From the NCBI GenBank assembly GCA_038231795.1, contig JBBRKR010000001.1, forward strand, positions 259,199 to 323,198: DNA of 64,000 bases, read 5' to 3'. The DNA comes from Acidimicrobiales bacterium. GTDB lineage: Bacteria; Actinomycetota; Acidimicrobiia; Acidimicrobiales; JBBRKR01. The translations under genes were made by a program, and so were the position numbers. This document shows, piece after piece, positions 50,267 through 59,552 of the stretch. The notes beneath the pieces are model-generated. The model was not told the origin of the DNA. It made no database searches and saw nothing but the letters and a program-made list of their open reading frames with translations. Position 1 is the stretch's first letter; every line of letters starts with the position of its first letter.

Positions 50267-51034
50267 TTACCACGAGATGGTCATTGACCCTTGCAACGGT
50301 TCGCCCGGGGTGACCACAAACGGTTCCCCGTTGAGCTCGTTCGGCGGCCCACTTTGCGGCTCCACACACAGAGCATGTTCAGGCTCTGTGAAGATCACCC
50401 AGTCCTCAAAGCTTGAACTCAGCGCGATCGATAGCGCGCCGGGCCACACGATCAACGGACCATTGGCGACACCCACAAAGCATGCGTTCCACGGAGCGGG
50501 AGGGATGGGAGAGAGCTCGCCCGTGGGTATGTCGTCGGGCCCGGTGGCGTAGATGGCGTCGGCGTCGAAGTGCAGGTCGGCTGGCGCGCCACTAGTGGTG
50601 AGCCAGCGGCGAAACCACGGATGCCACCCGGCCATGGCCGGCATTGCTCGCGCATCGTTGTTCACGCTCACGGTGATGGTGAGCGAGGTGTCGGTGAGCA
50701 CAAATTCTTGCGTTGCGTATCCCCCAAATGGCCACGGGTCGACGAGCTGTGTGCGAATTGTGGTTGGCGATTCGAGTTCCCACATTTGTAGATGGGTGCG
50801 TCCATGATTTGCGTGGGGCGCGCTGGTGATCGGCATATGGTATTCGACGCCCTCAAATGTGAAGCGGCCGCGGTCAAGGCGTCCGCACCACGGGATCATG
50901 GGGAACGATCCCCATCTCGTTGGACGGTCACCCTCGGTGATCATGATTTCGAAACCGTCAATGATCAGGCTGGCCAGACGTCCCCCGTTGAGATCGATAA
51001 CGGCTGAAGCCCTGGCAGAGTGCAACGTGAGCAT
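50267..51034 (-). CDS. Aldose 1-epimerase-family protein
   Basis: 'GSFPMIPWCGRLDRGRFTFEG', 'ANHGRTH', typical of the mutarotase fold; 255 aa. Confidence 0.7.
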   Translation of the reverse strand: MLTLHSARASAVIDLNGGRLASLIIDGFEIMITEGDRPTRWGSFPMIPWCGRLDRGRFTFEGVEYHMPITSAPHANHGRTHLQMWELESPTTIRTQLVDPWPFGGYATQEFVLTDTSLTITVSVNNDARAMPAMAGWHPWFRRWLTTSGAPADLHFDADAIYATGPDDIPTGELSPIPPAPWNACFVGVANGPLIVWPGALSIALSSSFEDWVIFTEPEHALCVEPQSGPPNELNGEPFVVTPGEPLQGSMTISW

Positions 51035-51072
51035 GAAACATTGTTACCAGGTAATAAGCTGCCCGTGTGCCC

Positions 51073-51156
51073 GCCCGGATGGCGGAACAGGCAGACGCAG
51101 AGGGCTTAAACCCCTTGGCCCGGAAGGGCTTGCGGGTTCAAGTCCCGCTCCGGGCA
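51073..51156 (+). tRNA. tRNA-Leu (anticodon TAA), class II with long variable arm
   Basis: Parsed by hand. Acceptor GCCCGGA/TCCGGGC; anticodon arm GAGGG-CTTAAAC-CCCTT; variable arm GCCC-GGAA-GGGC; T arm GCGGG-TTCAAGT-CCCGC; discriminator A; 84 nt. Confidence 0.9.
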
Positions 51157-51163
51157 CGCACTT

Positions 51164-51691
51164 CTATCTCGGCTCGTTGAGTTGGGCGACGAGGTTGTCG
51201 AGCAGGGCTCCCCAGCCGTCCACCATTTCGGCAAAGAATTCGTGGGTCCAATCCGAGCCGCTGCCGTAGGAACTCGTCACTACTCGGAGCACGCAGCTGC
51301 CGCCGGAAACAGACTCGATGAGGAATTCTGTCGCTACTGGGGCGATCATCGGCAGGTCGTTGTACACCTGGGAGAGAGGCACGCCGAGCGTATTAAACCA
51401 GGTGATCATCATGGGCGGGATGTCTTCGGCTTGGCCAGCGATTGGCCACGGTTCCTCATACGCGAAACAAACGTTTGGCGTGTAGTCGGTGACGATACCG
51501 GTCGACCAGAAATCGCCGTGATCAAACGACACTTCGCCACCGACTTGGGGGTCGAGTCGGGTGGGCACCATCCATGTTGCGATCCCGGCGGCGGTTGCGA
51601 TGGCGGCCCACACTTGCTCTGGCGTGGCGGCCACTTCGTGCGTGCGGTCCATGCGGTGTTCGAAACGGTCAGGTTGTTGGGGATTGGTCAT
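51164..51691 (-). CDS. SRPBCC/AHSA1-like fold protein
   Basis: 'THEVAATPEQVWAAIATAAGIATW', 'GGEVSF'. ATG 51691 is preceded by GGAGA 5 nt upstream on the minus strand. Confidence 0.7.
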   Translation of the reverse strand: MTNPQQPDRFEHRMDRTHEVAATPEQVWAAIATAAGIATWMVPTRLDPQVGGEVSFDHGDFWSTGIVTDYTPNVCFAYEEPWPIAGQAEDIPPMMITWFNTLGVPLSQVYNDLPMIAPVATEFLIESVSGGSCVLRVVTSSYGSGSDWTHEFFAEMVDGWGALLDNLVAQLNEPR

Positions 51692-51750
51692 GAGGTCTCC
51701 ACGGCGGCAGCGTAGCCAATTAATTAGACGAGAGTCTGGTGAAGTTATCG

Positions 51751-51780
51751 TTGACATTTACATTCACATAAATATATAAT
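51751..51780 (+). promoter_or_regulatory. Consensus sigma-70/SigA-type promoter for the MarR-kynurenine operon
   Basis: TTGACA (51751-51756), 18-nt spacer, TATAAT (51775-51780), inside the most AT-rich stretch of the window. The candidate start codon GTG 51787 lies 7 nt past the -10 box. Confidence 0.55.
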
Positions 51781-51786
51781 TTGAGT

Positions 51787-52299
51787 GTGGGGTCGAAAAC
51801 GCCAACTTTCTTGAGCAGCTACCTGCCCTACCTTTTACGTCAGGCCGACCAAGCCCTATCGGCTCCGTTGTACGAGGTGCTCAACCGTCACGGCGTAGCC
51901 CGTTCCGAATGGAGGGTGCTCGCCGTACTCAACGAGCTCGGTGAGCTCGGGGTCGTAGAACTGGCGCAGCATGCGCTCAGCCCGCAACCAACCGTCACCC
52001 ACGCGGTGGGACGGCTCAAGGAGCGAGGCCTAGTCGAACGAACACGAGGGATTGAAGACAAGCGTCAACGCCTCGTAGTTCTCACCCCTGCCGGCGCCAA
52101 GGTGACGAAGTCGCTTATTAAGCAAGCCGAAGAGTTAGAGCGAACGGCTCTGGCCAATGCCGGAGACCGGTCCAAGTTGCGCGACCAATTACGCGAGCTC
52201 ACGTTGCTCGTCGAAGCATCCAATCGCAATGAAGCCGACAGTGCCACCGAGGCCGATGTACCGGCCCCACTACCAAAATCTCGACGGAGCTCCACATGA
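51787..52299 (+). CDS. MarR-family transcriptional regulator
   Basis: Winged-HTH region 'RSEWRVLAVLNELGELGVVELAQHALSPQPTVTHAVGRLKERGLVER'. The track start TTG 51781 is an alternative; GTG 51787 would be leaderless. Confidence 0.85.
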   Translation: MGSKTPTFLSSYLPYLLRQADQALSAPLYEVLNRHGVARSEWRVLAVLNELGELGVVELAQHALSPQPTVTHAVGRLKERGLVERTRGIEDKRQRLVVLTPAGAKVTKSLIKQAEELERTALANAGDRSKLRDQLRELTLLVEASNRNEADSATEADVPAPLPKSRRSST

Positions 52300-52865
52300 C
52301 CGATCCTGACGTGACCGACTACGACCCCGCCCCTCGGCAACGTCGACCGTTCAGTCTCACCAAGTGGGTGGAAGCCCATCGAGATCAGCTGCGGCCGCCT
52401 GTTGCCAACAAACAAATTTGGCGAGAAGCCGACATGATCGTGATGGTCGTCGGCGGCGGCAATGAACGCTGTGATTTCCACGACGACCCCCGCGAAGAGT
52501 TCTTCTTCCAAATCAAGGGCGACATGAATTTGGTGATCTGGGAAGGCGACGGAACGACTCCGTATGACATGCCGATTCGTGAAGGCGACATCTACCTTTT
52601 GCCGCCCGGCGTCCGCCACTCACCGCAACGACCAGACCCAGAATCGATCGGCGTCGTCGTCGAATATCAGCGCCTGCCCGGCGAACTGGACGGATTCGAA
52701 TGGGCCTGTTTTGAATGCTTCCACCTGGTGCATCGAGTGGACGTTCAGGTGCAGGCCATCGACAAAGATCTGCCCCCGTTGTTCAATGCGTTCGACGCCG
52801 ACGACCTCGCTCGTACGTGTCCGAATTGCGGCGTGCTTCATCCTGGAAAGAAGGGGCGCTGGTGA
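52296..52865 (+). CDS. 3-hydroxyanthranilate 3,4-dioxygenase
   Basis: Cupin 'DFHDDPREEFFFQIKG', 'LLPPGVRHSPQR', 'GFEWACFEC...CPNCG'. Near-colinear with the bacterial NbaC/HAAO sequence as I remember it. Confidence 0.92.
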   Translation: MTDPDVTDYDPAPRQRRPFSLTKWVEAHRDQLRPPVANKQIWREADMIVMVVGGGNERCDFHDDPREEFFFQIKGDMNLVIWEGDGTTPYDMPIREGDIYLLPPGVRHSPQRPDPESIGVVVEYQRLPGELDGFEWACFECFHLVHRVDVQVQAIDKDLPPLFNAFDADDLARTCPNCGVLHPGKKGRW

Positions 52866-54139
52866 GCGCCGCTGTTGCCGCTAGAACAGGAGCGACCGCC
52901 GCCGAGCTCGACGCGTCGGATCCGCTTGCCGGGTTCCGCGACCAATTCGAACTGCCAGACGGCATCTATTTGGTAGGCAATTCCCTCGGCGCGTTACCGC
53001 GTGCGGCACGTCAATATGTCAACACCGAATTCGACCGCTGGAGTTCGCTTGGCGTGGAGGGCCACTTCACCGGCGACCTCGCTTGGAAGAGCTACCACGA
53101 ACTGCTCACCGACCAGCTCGCCCGACTCGTGGGTGCCGAACCGGCAGAAGTGGTGGCCATGAATTCGCTCACCGTCAACCTGCATTTGTTGATGGTCAGC
53201 TTCTACCGACCCACGGTCGAACGCCACAAAATCCTGATCGAAAACCACGCATTTCCCTCCGATCATTTCGCGGTTGAGTCCCAAATCCGTCAACGCGGGT
53301 TCGACCCTGCCGAATCACTCGTGCTGCTGGAACCGCGGCCCGGCGAACACACGCTTCGCCCCGACGACATCCTCGCCACGATCGCCGAACACGGCCACCA
53401 GCTCGCCATGGTTTTGCTGCCAGGCGTGCAGTACTACACCGGCCAAGTACTCCCCATGGCCCGCATCACGGAGGCTGGCCACGCCGTTGGCGCCATGGTC
53501 GGCTTCGACCTCGCTCATGCGGCCGGCAATATTGAATTGCATCTCCATGATTGGGGCGTCGATTTTGCCGCATGGTGCACCTACAAATATTTGAACAGCG
53601 GGCCAGGCGGGGTCGCCGGCGCATACGTACATGAGCGTCACATCGCCGACCAGTCGCTGCCAAAGCTGCTCGGCTGGTGGGGCACAAACAAGTCAAGCCG
53701 TTTCCAAATGACCACGCATTTCGATCCGATCCCGACGGTCGAATCATGGCAACTGTCCAACGCCCCGATCCTTCCCATGGCCACGTTGCGGGCGTCGCTC
53801 GACATCATCGATGCGGCCGGAGGAGTGGCGGAATTGCGCCAAAAAACGGAGCGGCAAATCGAGTTCTTCGATCGCCGACTCGCCGAATCGCTCGGTGGCC
53901 GGATCGTAAATATCACCCCCGGTTCGCTCGATGAGCGGGGTTGCCAATTCGCGTTGCGGGTCGTAGCGGGCGACGGGAAACGAGTGTATGAAGGGTTGGA
54001 ACGAGCGCGAGTGTTGTGTGATTGGCGTGAGCCTGATGTGATCCGCGTGGCCCCCGTCCCGCTGTACAACTCATTCGCCGACATCGATCGATTCGTCGAC
54101 ATTTTGGCTGGCATTCTCGACACGCCGACGCCGCTATGA
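52862..54139 (+). CDS. kynU: Kynureninase
   Basis: PLP-fold 'NSLTVNLHLLM', 'DFAAWCTYKYLNSGPG' (Lys), 'WWG'; GTGA overlap with the HAAO gene. Confidence 0.9.
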   Translation: MSAAVAARTGATAAELDASDPLAGFRDQFELPDGIYLVGNSLGALPRAARQYVNTEFDRWSSLGVEGHFTGDLAWKSYHELLTDQLARLVGAEPAEVVAMNSLTVNLHLLMVSFYRPTVERHKILIENHAFPSDHFAVESQIRQRGFDPAESLVLLEPRPGEHTLRPDDILATIAEHGHQLAMVLLPGVQYYTGQVLPMARITEAGHAVGAMVGFDLAHAAGNIELHLHDWGVDFAAWCTYKYLNSGPGGVAGAYVHERHIADQSLPKLLGWWGTNKSSRFQMTTHFDPIPTVESWQLSNAPILPMATLRASLDIIDAAGGVAELRQKTERQIEFFDRRLAESLGGRIVNITPGSLDERGCQFALRVVAGDGKRVYEGLERARVLCDWREPDVIRVAPVPLYNSFADIDRFVDILAGILDTPTPL

Positions 54140-55485
54140 GAGAGCCGATCGTCATTGCTGGAGCAGGGCCCGCTGGCGCATTGCTGGCCACCTACATCGC
54201 CAGACAAGGTCACGATGTGACCGTTTATGAGAGCCGACCAGATCTACGTACCACCGAAATTGCGGCCGGCCGATCGATCAACTTGGCGCTTGCCACGCGA
54301 GGCATCGTGCCGCTCATCGATATCGGCGTGATCGAACGCGTCGACGCCATCACCATTCCTATGAAGGGCCGCATGGTCCATAGTGCCGACGGCCAACCGC
54401 CCGAGATGCAGCTCTACGGTGCGAAGGATCACGACGTGATTCACTCGGTTTCCCGCAGTGATCTCAACGCTATTCTGCTCGACGCAGCAGAGGCCACCGG
54501 GCGGGTCACGATCGTGTTCAACAGGCAAATAAAATCTGTCGACTTTGACGGATCGCTCCTCGAATTTGAGGATGGGTTATTGGCATCGTTTGGCACAATT
54601 TTTGGCACTGATGGCGCGGGCTCACCCGTGCGCGATGCCATTGCCGCCACCGGTGCCTGCGAATGGCACACCGACTGGCTGGGTCACTCCTACAAAGAAT
54701 TGACCTTGCCCGCCACTGCCGACGGCATGCATCAACTCGACCCCAATGCCCTTCATATCTGGCCTCGTGGAGAATTCATGTTGATCGCCCTGGCCAACCC
54801 CAGCGGCAACTTCACCGTGACGCTGTTCGCTCCATCGGAGACGTTCGCAGCACTCGATTCTGCTGCTGCGATCGAAGCTTTCTTCGTCCGCGAATTCGTC
54901 GACTTTGCCTCGCTCACGCCTGATTTGGCCGAGCAGTTTTTGGGTCATCCGGCCGGCGGTCTTGGCACCATTCGAGCCACAGGATGGTCCTTTGAAGATC
55001 GTGCCGTGATCCTGGGCGACGCTGCCCATGCGTTGGTTCCATTCCACGGGCAAGGAATGAACGCAGCCATGGAATCGGCACGCGCTCTTGATCGACATTT
55101 GCGAGCTACACCCGACGACGTGGCCGGGGCGTTCCGTCGTTTCGAGATCGAGCGCAAACCAAGCACCGATGCCATTGCCGATATGGCTCTAGAGAACTAC
55201 GTCGAGATGCGCGCCAGCGTGGTCGATCCCGACTACTTGGCGAAACGGGCCCTTGCTCTAGAACTCGAGCGACGTCACCCCAATCGGTTGAGTCCGAAAT
55301 ACAACATGGTGATGTTTTCCACCATGCCGTACGCCGAAGCCAAATCGCGTTCCGAACGGCAAGCCGAAATAATTGCCGCCGCTATTGCTGACCCCACCCT
55401 CGATGTGGACGCTCTTGTGGAGGCGTTGCCACTACTGCCCGAGAATGATCCCCTCGCCGACCCCTACGCCCTATCCCTCAGCTGA
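54136..55485 (+). CDS. Kynurenine 3-monooxygenase (FAD-dependent)
   Basis: 'IAGAGPAGALLATYIARQGHDVTVYESRPD', 'GDAAHALVPFHGQGMN'; ATGA overlap with kynU. Confidence 0.88.
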   Translation: MREPIVIAGAGPAGALLATYIARQGHDVTVYESRPDLRTTEIAAGRSINLALATRGIVPLIDIGVIERVDAITIPMKGRMVHSADGQPPEMQLYGAKDHDVIHSVSRSDLNAILLDAAEATGRVTIVFNRQIKSVDFDGSLLEFEDGLLASFGTIFGTDGAGSPVRDAIAATGACEWHTDWLGHSYKELTLPATADGMHQLDPNALHIWPRGEFMLIALANPSGNFTVTLFAPSETFAALDSAAAIEAFFVREFVDFASLTPDLAEQFLGHPAGGLGTIRATGWSFEDRAVILGDAAHALVPFHGQGMNAAMESARALDRHLRATPDDVAGAFRRFEIERKPSTDAIADMALENYVEMRASVVDPDYLAKRALALELERRHPNRLSPKYNMVMFSTMPYAEAKSRSERQAEIIAAAIADPTLDVDALVEALPLLPENDPLADPYALSLS

Positions 55486-55497
55486 ATCGCCCACCTC

Positions 55498-56310
55498 ATG
55501 AGCCTTCCCTTCGAAAACCACGACACGTTTACCTACGGCAACTACCTGATGGTAAACGACCTTTTGTCGCTCCAGAAGTGTGTGTCGCTCGACCCGCAGA
55601 CCGGCAGGCCAGAGCACGATGAGACGCTGTTTATTGTGATCCATCAGGTCTACGAACTGTGGTTCAAACAGATCCTCCATGAACTCGATCACGTCATGGA
55701 ATTGTTCGACGCCGACAACAACAGCGGAGCCCACCACGGTCTCAAACGAGTGCTCAAGATCATGAAAACACTCGTAGGCCAGATCGACATTTTGGAGACG
55801 ATGACCCCCGCCGAGTTCGCCAGCTTCCGGTCTTTTCTTGCCAACGCCAGTGGGTTTCAATCGGCGCAATTTCGTGAGTTTGAATTCGTGCTCGGCATCA
55901 AAGATCGCATTCAACCGGAATGGTTCAGTGGCGATGAGGCAGCCCGTCTCAGCGCCCGGTTCGAGGCCCGCACACTGTGGGATGCCTATCTCGGGGCCAT
56001 GCAGCGCGATGGTCTCAACGTCCCCATCGAGGTTTTGGAACGAGACGTTCGCCACCCAATTGTCGAGAACGCTGCACTCCAGGCCGCGATTGTGGAGAGG
56101 TTCACCGACGACAGTTTCTGCAATCTGGCCGAGACCCTCACCGACCTCGACGAAGGCGTTCAAGAGTGGCGTTATCGCCACGTCATGATGGTCCGGCGCA
56201 CCATTGGCACGAAGATGGGAACCGGCGGCTCCGACGGCGCCGCGTACCTTGCCACCACGCTGTTTCGCCCTGCGTTTCCCGACTTATGGGCCATCCGAAC
56301 CGCCTTCTAA
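55498..56310 (+). CDS. kynA: Tryptophan 2,3-dioxygenase
   Basis: 'YGNYLMVNDLLSLQ', 'HDETLFIVIHQVYELWFKQ', 'GFQSAQFRE', 'WRYRHVMMVRRTIG'. Confidence 0.93.
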   Translation: MSLPFENHDTFTYGNYLMVNDLLSLQKCVSLDPQTGRPEHDETLFIVIHQVYELWFKQILHELDHVMELFDADNNSGAHHGLKRVLKIMKTLVGQIDILETMTPAEFASFRSFLANASGFQSAQFREFEFVLGIKDRIQPEWFSGDEAARLSARFEARTLWDAYLGAMQRDGLNVPIEVLERDVRHPIVENAALQAAIVERFTDDSFCNLAETLTDLDEGVQEWRYRHVMMVRRTIGTKMGTGGSDGAAYLATTLFRPAFPDLWAIRTAF

Positions 56311-56356
56311 CACAACGTTTTAATACAAATATTTCGATCTGAAAGCCGGCCGTGTA

Positions 56357-57793
56357 GTGACGAATTATCCCGAACTGAAACTCTTCATCAACGGCGTGTG
56401 GCGCACGACGGGCGTCGACATGCCAGTGATCAATCCGTCAACAGAGCAAGTGATTGGGGGCGTGCCCGTCGCTGGTCCTGACGACCTCGACGAGGCATTG
56501 GCCGCCGCCGCGCACGGGTTCGAGGTGTGGAGTCAGGTGGCCCCTCGTCTCCGTGCCGACCTGATTCGCCAGGCGTGCCGTTTGATGCGCGAGCGCGGCA
56601 ACGAAATTGCTCTCGACATCAGTAGCGAACAGGGCAAGCCCCTCCCCGAGGCACGCCTCGAAGTGATCCGAGGCTGCGAATTTTTCGAGTGGGACGCTGG
56701 CGAAGCGGTTCGTACATATGGCCGCGTTATTCCCAGCGCGCCAGGCATCAAGTACATCGTGCACCATCAGCCCATCGGCCCTGTCGCCGCGTTTGCGCCG
56801 TGGAATTTCCCCATGAGCCAACCGTCACGCAAGATCGCCGGTGCGCTCGCCGCCGGGTGTTCGATCATTCTCAAGGCCGCAGAGGAGACTCCCGCCGGAG
56901 CCATGCATATTGCTCGGGCTTTTGAAGACGCGGGCCTTCCTCCCGGCGTTCTGAACCTTGTGTTCGGCGTGCCCGCAGACATATCTCGGCACCTGATCTC
57001 CAGCGCTACCACCAAGCTGGTGGCGTTCACCGGATCCACGGCGATCGGGCGTTTCCTCACCGGTATGGCGTCGGATCACATGACGCCGGTGTTGATGGAA
57101 CTCGGCGGCCACGCTCCCGTGATCGTGTGCGAAGACACCGATGTTGAAGCAGCGGCAACCACATCGGCATTTCGCAAATACCGCAACGCGGGCCAAGTGT
57201 GCACATCGCCCACGCGTTTCTTCGTGCACAAAGATGTGTACGAACATTTTCTGGATGTGTTCGCCACAAAAGCGCAAGCGGTTGTTGTTGGCGACGCCAT
57301 GCAACCAGGCGTCGACATGGGCCCGCTCGCACACGATCGTCGGCCGCCGCAGATGGAAGCGCTGGTGGCTGATGCCCGCCAAGCCGGTGCGCACGTGCTC
57401 GTCGGTGGTAGCCGCATCGGGAGTACTGGCTACTTCTTCCAACCCACCGTGCTGGCCAATGTGCCCGCCCATGCCCGGGTGATGCAGGAGGAGCCTTTCG
57501 GTCCAATCGCCATCGTGAATGCCATCGACTCGCTCGACGATGGCATCGCCCAAGCCAACTCCGTTCCCTATGGACTTGCAGCATATGCCTTCACCAATCG
57601 GGCCGACTATGTGGACCGACTCGTCGAGAAAGTTCAGGCGGGAAATCTCTCGATCAACACCCTCGAAGCGTCCCTGCCCGAGACACCATTTGGGGGCGTG
57701 AATTCCAGCGGCTACGGGCGAGAAGGCGGCATTGAAGGGCTGCATTCCTACACCGTGCTCAAGACCGTCTCCCACAGCATCGCCGTAGTCTGA
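56357..57793 (+). CDS. NAD(P)-dependent aldehyde dehydrogenase
   Basis: 'PWNFP', 'MELGGHAP', catalytic Cys in 'NAGQVCTSPTRF', 'EEPFGP'; GTG start. Confidence 0.9.
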   Translation: MTNYPELKLFINGVWRTTGVDMPVINPSTEQVIGGVPVAGPDDLDEALAAAAHGFEVWSQVAPRLRADLIRQACRLMRERGNEIALDISSEQGKPLPEARLEVIRGCEFFEWDAGEAVRTYGRVIPSAPGIKYIVHHQPIGPVAAFAPWNFPMSQPSRKIAGALAAGCSIILKAAEETPAGAMHIARAFEDAGLPPGVLNLVFGVPADISRHLISSATTKLVAFTGSTAIGRFLTGMASDHMTPVLMELGGHAPVIVCEDTDVEAAATTSAFRKYRNAGQVCTSPTRFFVHKDVYEHFLDVFATKAQAVVVGDAMQPGVDMGPLAHDRRPPQMEALVADARQAGAHVLVGGSRIGSTGYFFQPTVLANVPAHARVMQEEPFGPIAIVNAIDSLDDGIAQANSVPYGLAAYAFTNRADYVDRLVEKVQAGNLSINTLEASLPETPFGGVNSSGYGREGGIEGLHSYTVLKTVSHSIAVV

Positions 57794-57810
57794 ACCGAGG
57801 GTTGCCTGAT

Positions 57811-58767
57811 ATGAACTATCAAAGAAGCGACGCAAAGGCCTACGCCAAGAAACACATGACAGGTGTGTGGGCAGCCGCGCTTTTACCGTTTATGAACGAA
57901 GGCGGCGGGATAGATGAAGACGGCTTTCGGGAAAACATTCGCCACTGGACGCAAGACCTCGGTATCGATGGACTGTTCATTTCCGGTAAGCAGGGCGAGT
58001 TCTACGCCATGTCGGTGCACGAGCGAAAGCGCACGTTCGAGATTGCTGTGGAAGCAACGGGTGGGCATGGGCAAACGATCATGTCGTGCTCAGATCAGAA
58101 CATGGACGTGGTGCTCGACCTTGCCCATCACGCAGAAGAAGTCGGCGCCGATTACATCGTGGTTCATGCCCCGCTTCTCCATTTCACCAAACAACAAGAC
58201 GAAACTCTGCACGGGTACTACAAGACGATTTCGGAAAACGTCAACATCGGGATTGCCCTATGGAGTCATCCTGACAGCGGTTATTTGATGTCGCCGCAAT
58301 TGTGCAATCGTCTGGCCGATCTCGAAAATGTGGTGGCCATCAAATACAGCGTGCCTCGCTCCATGTACGCAGAATTATCGGCCCTTGCCTCTGATCGAAT
58401 CCAGGTCAGTACGTCGTCGGAAGAGGAATGGCTCGACAACATCATCGAGCTCAATTGGCGCTTGTATCTGTGTTCGACTCCGCCATTCTTGATGCAGTCG
58501 GCCGTCGATCGGCGCATGCACGATTACACGCTCGAGGCGTTTGCGGGCCGTTTCGACGAAGCCCGCCAGATTTCGCGCACGCTGGAACCAGTCCGCCATG
58601 CGCTGATGAGTACCCGCCCGCCGGAGAAGCCTCATGCCCATCAGAAGTATTGGCAGGAGCTACTGGGGCAAGTTGGGGGGCGAGTGCGGGCACCGATGTT
58701 GGAGTTGACCGATGCCGAGAAGGCGGCAACGAGAGAAGCATTCGAACAGTGCGGGCTGCGCGTATGA
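57811..58767 (+). CDS. Dihydrodipicolinate-synthase/N-acetylneuraminate-lyase family class I aldolase-like protein
   Basis: 'GIDGLFISGKQGEFYAMS', 'VVAIKYS' (candidate Schiff-base Lys). ATG 57811 is preferred to the track's TTG 57802. Confidence 0.75.
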   Translation: MNYQRSDAKAYAKKHMTGVWAAALLPFMNEGGGIDEDGFRENIRHWTQDLGIDGLFISGKQGEFYAMSVHERKRTFEIAVEATGGHGQTIMSCSDQNMDVVLDLAHHAEEVGADYIVVHAPLLHFTKQQDETLHGYYKTISENVNIGIALWSHPDSGYLMSPQLCNRLADLENVVAIKYSVPRSMYAELSALASDRIQVSTSSEEEWLDNIIELNWRLYLCSTPPFLMQSAVDRRMHDYTLEAFAGRFDEARQISRTLEPVRHALMSTRPPEKPHAHQKYWQELLGQVGGRVRAPMLELTDAEKAATREAFEQCGLRV

Positions 58768-59552
58768 GGCTCGCCATCGTGGGGTGGGGCGCCATCGGGC
58801 GTAGTACCTCGAAATTGTTGGAAGGCGGACCGGTGGAGTTGGTGGCGGTGGGGTTGCGCACCACCTCGGCGATGCCGCAAGATCTGCCTGCCGGAGTCGT
58901 GGTGATCACCGATCCCGATGAGCTCGCTCGCCTAAGCGTCGATGTGGTCGCCGAAGCGGCGAGCAGGGAAAGCGTTGGTCCATGGGGCCATGGTGCTCTC
59001 TGTGTCGGGGCCGATTTCATTGTTTCGTCGGTCTCCGCTTTGGCCGACGTCGAACTCCTTGAATCTCTTCGCCAAGCTGCTTCAGCCAATGGGACGCGGG
59101 TCCATATTCATCCTGGCGCTATTGGTGGAGTCGACGCGCTGAGCGCCGCTCGTCTCCTGGGTCTTGACTCTGTGGAGCATCGCATCATCAAGCCCCCGCT
59201 TGCGTGGCGAGGGACCCCGGCCGAGACGCTCTGTGCGCTCGACATCCTCGACAGTGCCGTGGCCTTCTTCAGCGCCAGTGCCATTGAAGTGGCTGAGTTG
59301 TTTCCCAAAAACGCCAACGTGGCTATGACGACTGCACTGGCCGGCATCGGGCCCCAGGCCACAATCGTCACCCTTGTGGCCGACCCATTGGCCACGACTA
59401 ACCGTCATGAGATCAGAGCTTCTGGCACTTTTGGTCGTCTCGACATCGCGCTCTCGAACAACCCCATGGCCGACAACCCAAAGACGTCGATGTTGGCCGC
59501 CCTGAGCCTCGTGCGGGCGATCCACAACCTGGCCGCCCCAGCCGTCATATAG
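58764..59552 (+). CDS. Aspartate-dehydrogenase-family protein (NadX-like)
   Basis: 'MRLAIVGWGAIGR' Rossmann start, 'HPGAIGGVDALSAA'; ATGA overlap with the upstream gene. The track ORF from 58428 is an upstream extension. Confidence 0.75.
   Translation: MRLAIVGWGAIGRSTSKLLEGGPVELVAVGLRTTSAMPQDLPAGVVVITDPDELARLSVDVVAEAASRESVGPWGHGALCVGADFIVSSVSALADVELLESLRQAASANGTRVHIHPGAIGGVDALSAARLLGLDSVEHRIIKPPLAWRGTPAETLCALDILDSAVAFFSASAIEVAELFPKNANVAMTTALAGIGPQATIVTLVADPLATTNRHEIRASGTFGRLDIALSNNPMADNPKTSMLAALSLVRAIHNLAAPAVI

Noticed and set aside
51035-51200. tRNA-Leu (and tRNA-Gln at 5366) as an integration site of a genomic island.
   Set aside because: There is no integrase, excisionase, transposase or phage gene in the window. 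I could not find a direct repeat of the tRNA 3' end downstream by eye. A computational repeat search would be needed to exclude it.
51073-52299. bldA-like control: tRNA-Leu(UAA) lies about 0.6 kb from a MarR gene containing three in-frame TTA codons (51835, 52135, 52189), and the LAL-type regulator has one at 61777.
   Set aside because: TTA is not restricted to regulatory genes here. Enolase uses TTA for the Leu of the conserved 'GDDLFVTN' motif (around 27849). The codon is therefore not rare enough in this genome to support Streptomyces-style bldA dependence without genome-wide codon counts.
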